A stretch of DNA of 26,632 nt from positions 1 to 26,632 of IMG/VR virus record IMGVR_UViG_3300036794_000015; one strand, written 5' to 3'. The notes below the pieces were generated by a model, which made no database searches, was not told where the DNA came from, and saw nothing but the letters and a program-made list of their open reading frames with translations. Each line of letters starts with the position of its first letter. Position 1 is the stretch's first letter. A program made the position numbers and the translations under genes. This DNA is from a virus. Lineage: Duplodnaviria > Caudoviricetes. Positions 7,568-15,613 of this stretch are shown piece after piece.

Positions 7568-7990
7568 ATGGCAGATAAGCTAAATAAAATTATAGGAGAT
7601 TATGTCAATGGGCGCATACAAGCTCGTATTCAGTCCATAGAGAGCAGTTATATGTATAAGGCTAAGTCTGATAACTTGGGCATTAGAACAGCTTACAGTG
7701 GAGGAGCAGAGCCTGAGAGCAAGACTCTTAACCGAGAAGCTATGGAAGAAGACGAGGAACTGATCCGATTGAAAGAGATTGTCAAGCAGTTCTCTCTATG
7801 GTACGAGCCATTGATTCAAACAAATAAAGAAATCATAAAGCTCAAGCACTTAGGTTACGGAGGTGCAACGTGGAGCATGGTTGAAATGGACCTCAGACAT
7901 AAAGGAATATACTTAAGCATTCGACAAATCAAGTTCATTTATTATCGGTTCAGAAAGGACATAGAAGTAAACCTGTTACACGTTCTCTAA
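7568..7990 (+). CDS. Late transcriptional activator (ArpU/RinA/Alt-like)
   Basis: GGAGG RBS; 140 aa with C-terminal sigma-region-4-like HTH; position just upstream of the late module; MADKL..IIGDYVNG N-terminus resembles lactococcal activators. Confidence 0.8.
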   Translation: MADKLNKIIGDYVNGRIQARIQSIESSYMYKAKSDNLGIRTAYSGGAEPESKTLNREAMEEDEELIRLKEIVKQFSLWYEPLIQTNKEIIKLKHLGYGGATWSMVEMDLRHKGIYLSIRQIKFIYYRFRKDIEVNLLHVL

Positions 7991-8000
7991 AAATTAGTGT

Positions 8001-8072
8001 CCGAAAACGTATCGAAAACGTGCTAAAAATGTACAGAATTGAATCGTTAGTCCTCGTTTTCGGTGCTATACT
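8001..8072 (+). promoter_or_regulatory. Activator-dependent late promoter
   Basis: Direct repeats at about 11-bp spacing (CGAAAACGT 8002, CGAAAACGT 8013, CTAAAAATGT 8023), then TGcTATACT 8064-8072 with no good -35. Confidence 0.7.
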
Positions 8073-8223
8073 TGTATTATGAACAATTCGGCAGAACACA
8101 AAATTGTAAGTCTCGATGAACAAAAAGTGCTGAAATTGTTTGTAGCTGAGCGAGCAGCTAATTAAATCTCGATACTGTAGGAACTCTTTACGGGTTCAGA
8201 CGTTGCTGGACGGTAAAACCAGG

Positions 8224-8286
8224 GTAGCTAGAGAGAACGTCGTAAGGCGGGTCTGAGGGGCTAGGTTCGATTCCTAGACTAGCTAT
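8224..8286 (+). ncRNA. tRNA-like element (acceptor-like stem plus canonical T-arm; no D or anticodon arm)
   Basis: TAGCTAG 8225-8231 / CTAGCTA 8279-8285; CTAGG-TTCGATT-CCTAG 8261-8277; internal CGTC-GTAA-GGCG hairpin; no CCA. Confidence 0.55.
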
Positions 8287-8344
8287 AGCAGGTACTTACA
8301 GGAAGTGCCTGACTCTAGAAAATACTTATAAACACTATCCTGTT

Positions 8345-8372
8345 AAAGTTATCAGTAATGATAACTTTTTTT
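8345..8372 (+). terminator. Intrinsic terminator
   Basis: AAAGTTATCA-GTAA-TGATAACTTT followed by a T-run. Confidence 0.75.
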
Positions 8373-8447
8373 AATTCTTATATTATTTTATTTTAATAAT
8401 TAACTATTGTAAAATAGTAGTAACGAAAAAATATTGGAGATATTACT

Positions 8448-8840
8448 ATGAAAAAACAGTACAAAAGAATTTTAGTCGCATTAGATGGTTCAGATCGTTC
8501 TTTAGATGCACTAAGAGAAGCAATTGAAACCACTAAAAGAAATGAAGGTAAGCTTTATATTTTAGCAGTGAAAGATGAAAATCCTTATTATGGATTAGAA
8601 TTTTATCCACAAAAAATATTACAAGCGGCCTCAGAATTGATTGAAACCAATATTGATGTTGAATTTCACGACGGTGAAGGGGTTCCAAAAAAAGTAATTA
8701 TTGACTTTGCTAAAGATAACAAAATCGACTTAATTTTTGTAGGAGCTACAGGAATTGGTTTTATAGAAAAATTAAAACTAGGTTCAACAACTCAATATGT
8801 CATAAATAATTCACCGTGCAATGTGATGGTGGTTAGATAA
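8448..8840 (+). CDS. Universal stress protein (UspA family), moron
   Basis: YKRILVALDGS N-terminus; DLIFVGATG-x9-GST ATP-binding motif; SPCNVMVVR end; GGAG RBS; AT-rich flanks. Confidence 0.95.
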   Translation: MKKQYKRILVALDGSDRSLDALREAIETTKRNEGKLYILAVKDENPYYGLEFYPQKILQAASELIETNIDVEFHDGEGVPKKVIIDFAKDNKIDLIFVGATGIGFIEKLKLGSTTQYVINNSPCNVMVVR

Positions 8841-8849
8841 TAAAAAAAT

Positions 8850-8875
8850 AAAGCTGTCAGAAATGGCGGCTTTTT
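8850..8875 (+). terminator. Intrinsic terminator after usp
   Basis: AAAGCTGTCA-GAAA-TGGCGGCTTT followed by TT. Confidence 0.65.
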
Positions 8876-8895
8876 ATGTTGATGAAAGGAGACTT

Positions 8896-9309
8896 ATGCC
8901 CATATTAGAAAATGCAAGACATGAAAAATTTGTTCGAAGCCTGATTGCTGGCATGAGTCAACGAGTTTCTTATCGTGAAGCATTCCCTAAGGCTAAAAGA
9001 TGGAAAGACAATACTGTTGATAGTAGAGCTAGCGAATTATTAAAAGTTAGTGAGGTTTTGGGTAGGTATAAAGAACTTCAAGAAGAAGCTCAAGATGTAG
9101 CGATTATGACCCGTAAAGAACGAATGGTAGCTTTATCGGATATAGCACAAAACGCTGAAAAAGAAGCTGATATGATTAAAGCTATTGATACGCTTAATAA
9201 AATGGATGGTGATTATATCAGTAAAGTTGAACTATCTGGCTCAGTTGATGTAAAAAGTCGAAGTCAAGAAATCCAAGAGCGAATCAAAGGACGTCTGAAA
9301 GATGGATAA
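8896..9309 (+). CDS. terS: Terminase small subunit
   Basis: AAAGGAG RBS before ATG 8896; RHEKF...G....SYREAF...ASELL HTH pattern; IKAIDTLNKMDG; precedes TerL. Confidence 0.88.
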   Translation: MPILENARHEKFVRSLIAGMSQRVSYREAFPKAKRWKDNTVDSRASELLKVSEVLGRYKELQEEAQDVAIMTRKERMVALSDIAQNAEKEADMIKAIDTLNKMDGDYISKVELSGSVDVKSRSQEIQERIKGRLKDG

Positions 9310-10558
9310 TAGCTTTGATTTTTATATGGATTTAGTAGTTGATAACCCTGTTCAATTTGGTATTGAATGTGGCTTTGATGATTTAGAAGATATACACAAT
9401 GAATGGATAAAGTCTTTTCTTTTTGCTGAAGGAGATGAAACCTTACTGGCCCACCGTGGATCGTATAAAACTACATGTCTCTCGATTGCTATTGCAATAA
9501 TGTTGGTGCTCTATCCAGATGTTACAATTATTTTCATGCGTAAGACAGACACGGATGTTACTGAGATTGTTTTACAAGTCCAAAAGCTTTTGATTTCGGA
9601 TATATTTCAAGACTTTGCACAAGCTCTTTGGGGCAATCCTGTGGAACTTTTAAAGGAAACTAACACAGAGATAGACACGAACTTAAAAAGCACGTCAAAA
9701 GGAACCTCACAGCTTCTAGCAATGGGTATCGGAGCTAGTATCACAGGGAAACACGGCGATATTATTATCACTGATGATATTGTTAACTTAAAGGACCGTG
9801 TAAGCCGTGCTGAACGTGAACGAACTAAAACACAGTACCAAGAACTCCAAAATGTGAAGAATCGTGGCGGCCGTTTTATCAATACCGGGACACCTTGGCA
9901 TAAAGAAGATGCAATTTCTATGATGCCAAATGTTGTTAGATATACCTGTTATGACACAGGATTGATTGACAAAGACCAACTGAAACACCTCAGAGGAGTA
10001 ATGACTCCGAGTTTATTCGCTGCTAACTATGAGTTGAAACATATTGCAGAAACAGACAGTATGTTTAGCACACCGAATTATACGGATAAAGTAGAACTTA
10101 TCCATGACGGTAAGGCACATATAGATGCTGCTTATGGTGGTTCAGACTATACAGCATATACAGTAGCCAAAAAACAAGATGATGGCTCTTTTATTATGTA
10201 TGGCAAGCTATTTCATAAGCATGTAGATGATTGTATGAATGAAATCGTTGCATTACACAAGCATTTGCAAGCTGGGACAGTATCAGTAGAGACAAATGGT
10301 GATAAGGGTTATTTAGCTAAGGAGTTACGTAGTCATGGTTTACCTGTGAATAAGTATCATGAAAAGCAAAACAAGTATATCAAGATTGCGACGCACTTAC
10401 GGGCCAATTGGCAAAGCATCCGATGGCTAGATGATACAGACCCCGAATATATCAGTCAGGTCTTGGATTATACAGAGAATGCAGAGCATGACGATGCACC
10501 AGATAGTGCAGCAAGCTTAATCAGAAGAATGAAAGAAAATGAGGGGTGGATTCTTTAA
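9302..10558 (+). CDS. terL: Terminase large subunit
   Basis: AHRGSYKTT Walker A, ITGKHGDIIITDD Walker B, GTPW motif, HIDAAYG and HDDAPD nuclease motifs. Confidence 0.93.
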   Translation: MDNSFDFYMDLVVDNPVQFGIECGFDDLEDIHNEWIKSFLFAEGDETLLAHRGSYKTTCLSIAIAIMLVLYPDVTIIFMRKTDTDVTEIVLQVQKLLISDIFQDFAQALWGNPVELLKETNTEIDTNLKSTSKGTSQLLAMGIGASITGKHGDIIITDDIVNLKDRVSRAERERTKTQYQELQNVKNRGGRFINTGTPWHKEDAISMMPNVVRYTCYDTGLIDKDQLKHLRGVMTPSLFAANYELKHIAETDSMFSTPNYTDKVELIHDGKAHIDAAYGGSDYTAYTVAKKQDDGSFIMYGKLFHKHVDDCMNEIVALHKHLQAGTVSVETNGDKGYLAKELRSHGLPVNKYHEKQNKYIKIATHLRANWQSIRWLDDTDPEYISQVLDYTENAEHDDAPDSAASLIRRMKENEGWIL

Positions 10559-12003
10559 TGGCAAATGAATTATTACTAAGTGATAACCCACAGGAAATGG
10601 CAAGTGGGATAAAGCAGGCAATCAAGAACAATGCAGACAGCGATAGCTTAAAGAAAGCAAAAGAAGGTGTTAGATACTATAATTACGATCACGATATTTT
10701 ACAGAATCGTATTATGTATGTAGACAGCAATAATATACTGCGTGAAGATAAATATGCAAGTAACTTAAACATTCAACATCCGTTTTTACCAGAATTGATT
10801 GATCAGAAGGTCCAGGTCTTACTTGCTAATCCGTTAGAAATTGAAGTTGATGATCCAGAATTCAAAAAACATCTAGAGTCTTACTATGATGAAGATTTTC
10901 AAGTGTTTCTTGATGACCTACTTACTAATGGATCACAAATGGGATTTGAATATGCCTATGCAAGGACAACATCAGAAAATCGTTTGACATTCCAGATTGC
11001 TGACGGTTTGAAAGTTATTCCAATCTATGACAATAACAACATGGTAGTACGTTTATTACGTTATTATACGGATGAAATCTTAAAAGATGGGAAGAAAGTC
11101 AAAGTTAATTATGCAGAGATGTATGATAAAAGCAAAGTATGGTACTTTATTGAAAAAGACAAGGAAGAAGGCTACAAATTAGATGTAAGCAAGACACCGA
11201 ATCCAGCTCCCCATGTTTTAGCGATTAATGATGACGGAGAGATTGCAGGATTTGATTACGGTGTTATTCCTTTCTATCGTTATAAAAATAACCAAAAAGA
11301 ACGTACAGATTTAGAACCAATCAAAGCGCTCATAGATGATTATGATCTCATGAGTACATTTCTCTCCAACAACTTGCAAGACTTTGCAGATGCGATTTAT
11401 GTAGTTAAAGGTTTTGAAGGGGATAATTTAGACAAATTGCGTTTCAACTTAAAGAACAAAAAGACTGTGGGAGTCGGAGAAAACGGCTCTGTTGATGTGA
11501 AAACAGTTAATGTTCCAGTTGAAGGACGTAAAACAAAAATGCAAATGGATAAAGAAGCTATCTACAAGTTTGGTTTCGGTTTTGATACGTCACAGATTGC
11601 CGATAGCAATGGCAGTGTTACGAATGTTGTTATCAAAGCAGGCTTTTCTTTGCTCAATATGAAAGTGAATAAGACAGAAGTACGCTTACGAGCTTTTTTG
11701 AAATGGGCAAATGATTTAGTTGTTCAAGATATTAATAGATTAAATGGCACAGATTACAACCCTGATGATGTTGAGTTTATTATCGAGCGCGAAATGTTGA
11801 TTAATGAAAAAGACCTTGTTGATAATGAAAAGACAGAAGCGGACAAAAGAAGTATTGAAGTTCAAACATTACTTGCTGCAGCACCTTTGTTACCGGATGA
11901 TAAGGTCCTTAAAATGATTTGTGAAATATATGAATTAGATTATGAAGAAATAAGCAATTCAATAGAACTTCAAGATTATAAAGAGCCACCGGCTACGGGG
12001 TGA
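10558..12003 (+). CDS. SPP1-type portal protein (ORF track start 10546)
   Basis: GAGGGG RBS before ATG 10558; RYY, IDQKV, IPF..KNN...DL..IK.LIDDYD motifs; follows TerL. Confidence 0.92.
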   Translation: MANELLLSDNPQEMASGIKQAIKNNADSDSLKKAKEGVRYYNYDHDILQNRIMYVDSNNILREDKYASNLNIQHPFLPELIDQKVQVLLANPLEIEVDDPEFKKHLESYYDEDFQVFLDDLLTNGSQMGFEYAYARTTSENRLTFQIADGLKVIPIYDNNNMVVRLLRYYTDEILKDGKKVKVNYAEMYDKSKVWYFIEKDKEEGYKLDVSKTPNPAPHVLAINDDGEIAGFDYGVIPFYRYKNNQKERTDLEPIKALIDDYDLMSTFLSNNLQDFADAIYVVKGFEGDNLDKLRFNLKNKKTVGVGENGSVDVKTVNVPVEGRKTKMQMDKEAIYKFGFGFDTSQIADSNGSVTNVVIKAGFSLLNMKVNKTEVRLRAFLKWANDLVVQDINRLNGTDYNPDDVEFIIEREMLINEKDLVDNEKTEADKRSIEVQTLLAAAPLLPDDKVLKMICEIYELDYEEISNSIELQDYKEPPATG

Positions 12004-12010
12004 TTAGCTT

Positions 12011-12886
12011 ATGAGCATAGATGATGTTATCCAACAAGACATTGATACTAAAAAAATCCATAGATACTATGAGGATATATTGAAAGATGTCAATAAGCAA
12101 GTTGAGAATTGGTTGGACAAGTATGATGAATTGTCTTTCAGCAAAAAAATAGAATTTGAGCGGCTACTTAATATTAACAATGAAATCAGACAAATCATAG
12201 GACAACCTAGTATTGATATTGCTGAAACAATCAAAACTCATGTGATTACTGAAGGGCACAGTGGATATAATTCTGTTTATTATGGTATTGAATCAAACTA
12301 CAATGTTAATCTTAATTTTAGTTTCCTAGATGACAGTTATCTGAAGTCACTCATGAATATGCCAGTGGCTGGAAAAACTTTATCACAACGCTTGTATAAG
12401 TATCGCTCACGTTTGGCTAAACAGATTAGTGATGCAATTGCTAGAGGGATGGCTTTTGGTTATAGCTACTCACGAATAGCGCAAGAGATTGCGACAATAT
12501 CAGAAGCTAGTTACAGACAGGCTTTGACAATAGCACGTACTGAAGGCGGTCGGATTCGTTCAAGAACAACACAGAAAGGTTACGAAGAAGCGAAATCAAA
12601 GGGGGTTGATTTACAAAAGCAGTGGATTGCTACCTTAGATATGCGCACTCGTCAAGATCATGGCGAACTTGATGGTCAGATAAGGGAAATTGACGAGCCT
12701 TTTGAAGTGAATGGATATGAAGGCCAAGGACCTCGACTTTTTGGAGTTGCTGAGGAAGATATCAATTGTCGTTGCACAACCGTAACGATTGTAAATGGTA
12801 TAGCACCCAAACTTATTAATCCAGATGGGACAAAGAGTAAATGGCAAAACTATGACGAATGGTTAGCATATCAAAAAGAAAAATAG
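12011..12886 (+). CDS. Minor head protein (SPP1 gp7 / Mu gpF family)
   Basis: IARTEG, KQWIATLDMRTRQDH..LDGQ, INCRC motifs. Confidence 0.92.
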   Translation: MSIDDVIQQDIDTKKIHRYYEDILKDVNKQVENWLDKYDELSFSKKIEFERLLNINNEIRQIIGQPSIDIAETIKTHVITEGHSGYNSVYYGIESNYNVNLNFSFLDDSYLKSLMNMPVAGKTLSQRLYKYRSRLAKQISDAIARGMAFGYSYSRIAQEIATISEASYRQALTIARTEGGRIRSRTTQKGYEEAKSKGVDLQKQWIATLDMRTRQDHGELDGQIREIDEPFEVNGYEGQGPRLFGVAEEDINCRCTTVTIVNGIAPKLINPDGTKSKWQNYDEWLAYQKEK

Positions 12887-12887
12887 A

Positions 12888-12917
12888 AGCGATGGCAAAA
12901 TGTCAATCGCTTTTCTT
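12888..12917 (+). terminator. Weak intrinsic terminator-like hairpin
   Basis: AAGCGAT-GGCA-AAA-TGTC-A-ATCGCTT followed by TTCTT. Confidence 0.5.
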
Positions 12918-12918
12918 A

Positions 12919-13010
12919 TGCCCTAAATATGGCAATAAACTATTTAAATACAGCTGGCACGCTGTAAATGTGCAAGCACTACAAGAGGCAACCTTGTAAA
13001 AAGCGTAGGT
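12919..13010 (+). promoter_or_regulatory. Tandem H-type pseudoknots in the scaffold 5' leader
   Basis: PK1 TGCC/GGCA plus TAAATA/TATTTA; PK2 ACAGC/GCTGT plus GCAC/GTGC; then a GCAA-loop hairpin at 12980-12998. Confidence 0.55.
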
Positions 13011-13027
13011 GTAGGAAGGAAACTTAA

Positions 13028-13630
13028 ATGAACTTTGAAGAATTGTTGAAATCGCAAGGCTTTACGGATGAGCAAATCGCTAAAATTACTGCTGGAATGT
13101 CAGAAAACAGTATTTTTCTTACGAGCGATGATAACTTATCTGAACGCTTTGCAAAGATGAAAGAGCAACGTGATGAAGCTCGAACTCAATTAAAAGAGAA
13201 AGAGGAAACAATCACAGCACTTGAAACAAAAATTACAGAGCAGGAACAAGCTATCACGGAAAATCAAGAAGCGCTGACAAGCATTGATGAACTAAAAGCA
13301 CAGTTGGAAGCAGCTAACAATGAGAAAGCAACGATTTCTAAGACGGTCAAACTTGAAAAAGCCTTAGAAAAAGCGGGCGTTACTGATATGGACTATATCA
13401 AGTACAAACTCGGAGGTGTTGACACGTTGGAAGTTGATGACAAGGGCGAGTTCACAAGCTTAGGCAATACGCTGAAAGATTTGAAAGAAAGCATGCCTAG
13501 TTACTTTCAAAGTGAAGAACCAGAACCACCAGCGCCAGAAGGTGGTTTTAAAGTCATTGATAATCAACTTAAAAATGGGAAAGAAACAGATTCTAACCCG
13601 TTTGATGACATTATGGCGAAATACCAATAA
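13028..13630 (+). CDS. Capsid scaffolding protein (Phage GP20-like)
   Basis: AGGAAGGA RBS; acidic coiled coil; ELLK..G.TDEQI N-terminus; LKES.P.YF; upstream of the capsid gene. Confidence 0.85.
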   Translation: MNFEELLKSQGFTDEQIAKITAGMSENSIFLTSDDNLSERFAKMKEQRDEARTQLKEKEETITALETKITEQEQAITENQEALTSIDELKAQLEAANNEKATISKTVKLEKALEKAGVTDMDYIKYKLGGVDTLEVDDKGEFTSLGNTLKDLKESMPSYFQSEEPEPPAPEGGFKVIDNQLKNGKETDSNPFDDIMAKYQ

Positions 13631-13641
13631 GGAGGGACACC

Positions 13642-13884
13642 GTGGATAAAAACACACCTACAATCACAGTCGCAGACTTTGACGGTGCAAACCTTGATAA
13701 AGCTTATAAAGCTATTCAAGAAGCTGTGCAAGCCAAAGATGATACGAAACTCAATGATGCACTTAGCTCAATGGATGAAGCGCTGGACACCATTCTTGGA
13801 GAACCGGAAGACGGGGAAGATGGAAACGGTACTCCAGATGCTTTTGACGCAACGATCGCTAAATATGCTCCTACAGAAGCTTAA
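13642..13884 (+). CDS. Small acidic protein with a scaffold-like C-terminal motif
   Basis: Strong AAGGAGG RBS plus GTG; ends DAFDATIAKY, compared with scaffold NPFDDIMAKY. Confidence 0.8.
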   Translation: MDKNTPTITVADFDGANLDKAYKAIQEAVQAKDDTKLNDALSSMDEALDTILGEPEDGEDGNGTPDAFDATIAKYAPTEA

Positions 13885-13907
13885 TAAAAGAAAGAGAGAT
13901 TTAAAAA

Positions 13908-15041
13908 ATGGGAACAGAAAACAACTTACAACCAGTACGCTACTTTAAACCACAATACGCAGGGATTTTGGCAGCCGTATTTAATGCGCAAGCAGCCTTT
14001 TCTAAAGCTTTCGCACCTATTCAAAAAACAGACGCTATCACAAGTAATACAAAAGCCTTTACTGTTAAAACGAATGCTACTCCAGTAGTAATTGGTACAT
14101 ATAACAAAGGTGCTAACGTCGGTTTTGGTACCGGAACAGGAAACAGCTCACGCTTTGGTAATCGTACAGAAGTAATCTACGCAGATACTGACGTAGATTA
14201 CTCATACGAATTGGCTATTCACGAAGGTGTGGACGTTTCAACAGTGAATGCAGATTTTAACCAAGCTATTGCTGATCGTTTGGATTTGAATTCACAAGCA
14301 CAAGTCCGTGATATGAACATGCGTAACGGTAAATTCTTGTCTGATAATGCAAGTTTGACACTTACTGTTTTGGGTACAACTGATCCGGACGATGACACTG
14401 TAATTACTTACACAGACGCAGAAATCAAGAAAATGTTTAACCGTGCAAGCAAACAGTTTAAATCTAAAGAAGTGAACGCAAATAAAACGGCTTATCTCAC
14501 GTCTGATCTTTACAATGCTATGCTTGATATGGCACAAACAAACAGCTTGAAAGGTGCAAGTATCAACCTCGATACCGGTACATTGAACAACTACAAAGGC
14601 TTTGCATTGGAAGAAACAGCAGAACAATATTTTGCAGAAGGTGATATTGCTTATTTCTCAGCAGATAATATTGTAGTACCGTTCGTAGGTATCGCAACAG
14701 CCCGCACGATTGATTCAGAAGACTTTGACGGTAAAGCTTTGCAAGGTCATGCAAAAGGCGGTCAATTTATGTTAGATGATAACAAAAAAGCGCTTATTAA
14801 AGCAGTCTTTTCTGAAAAGCCTGTAGATGGTGGCGGAGCTGCAAAAAGCTTTAGTGCACCTGTGAAGGAAGCTGACATCCAAAACAACACTGATAAATTA
14901 GAAGTGGAAGAGGATGACACTCAAACAACAAAACCTACGATGGCTTCAAACAAAGCTGACATTCAAGCTTATTTGGAAAGCAAAGGAATTGAATATGCTC
15001 CTGAAGCAACAAAAGAGGAGCTTATGGCTTTAGTGGTGTAA
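13908..15041 (+). CDS. Major capsid protein with C-terminal linker and HeH/LEM-like domain
   Basis: Position; FGTGTG.SSRFG.RTEVIY..TDV.Y motif; tail NKADIQAYLESKGIEYAPEATKEELMALV. Confidence 0.9.
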   Translation: MGTENNLQPVRYFKPQYAGILAAVFNAQAAFSKAFAPIQKTDAITSNTKAFTVKTNATPVVIGTYNKGANVGFGTGTGNSSRFGNRTEVIYADTDVDYSYELAIHEGVDVSTVNADFNQAIADRLDLNSQAQVRDMNMRNGKFLSDNASLTLTVLGTTDPDDDTVITYTDAEIKKMFNRASKQFKSKEVNANKTAYLTSDLYNAMLDMAQTNSLKGASINLDTGTLNNYKGFALEETAEQYFAEGDIAYFSADNIVVPFVGIATARTIDSEDFDGKALQGHAKGGQFMLDDNKKALIKAVFSEKPVDGGGAAKSFSAPVKEADIQNNTDKLEVEEDDTQTTKPTMASNKADIQAYLESKGIEYAPEATKEELMALVV

Positions 15042-15045
15042 GCCT

Positions 15046-15612
15046 ATGATTATTAGTTTAGAAGAAGCTAAAAAGTCAAAGCCAGATGTTACACAGGAAG
15101 AACTTGACGCGATTGAAATTGCTATCCGCGGGCTTACCAATAACAAATTCCAGAATTTGAACGTGCGCTTTTTTAATTTTGAAGTACAAGACAGTAATAA
15201 GCTAGTTTTTAATACAAAGCTGGCGTATTTGCGTGTTGGCGACACAATCGAAATAAGCGACACTTGGGCGCAAACAGGCTTCGGACAAAACGTGCCAGAC
15301 GGTGTGAACGATGGCTTATTCGTGATTAAAGAAATCACAGACAACAGCGTTATACTAGACACGGAACTGCTCTTTGACGGGCGATATAATGCAGGTTTTA
15401 TCACTAAAATTGAATATCCAGCGGATATTGCAGCAGGTATTCATAAAATGCTTAAATATGATGCTAAGATGGGGGCTAAACTTGGAATCAAATCGGAAAG
15501 TATCTCACGAATGAGCGTTTCTTATTTTGATGTGAGTACATCGTCAACCATTGAAGGATTTCCTGCAAGTGTGATGTCCTTTTTGAAAAAGTATGAAAAA
15601 ATGAGGTGGTAA
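15046..15612 (+). CDS. Head-tail connector/adaptor (SPP1 gp15-like, enlarged)
   Basis: MIISLEEAK...AIR..TNN.F N-terminus; YPADI..., GIKSESISRMSVSY C-terminus. Confidence 0.75.
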   Translation: MIISLEEAKKSKPDVTQEELDAIEIAIRGLTNNKFQNLNVRFFNFEVQDSNKLVFNTKLAYLRVGDTIEISDTWAQTGFGQNVPDGVNDGLFVIKEITDNSVILDTELLFDGRYNAGFITKIEYPADIAAGIHKMLKYDAKMGAKLGIKSESISRMSVSYFDVSTSSTIEGFPASVMSFLKKYEKMRW

Positions 15613-15613
15613 A

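Noticed and set aside
8224-8290. Functional tRNA gene
   Set aside because: Has a T-arm and acceptor-like stem but no D-arm or 7-nt anticodon loop, an extra base between T and acceptor stems, and no CCA; kept only as tRNA-like
8863-8895. ORF-track start for terS at 8863
   Set aside because: Lies inside the terminator hairpin; the strong AAAGGAG RBS supports ATG 8896
13628-13644. Stop-codon read-through joining the scaffold to the 80-aa ORF
   Set aside because: The two ORFs are in different frames and the second has its own strong RBS
13679-13948. 89-aa alternative-frame ORF, or a frameshift link from the 80-aa gene to the capsid gene
   Set aside because: No RBS, overlaps two genes with their own starts, and ends out of frame inside the capsid gene
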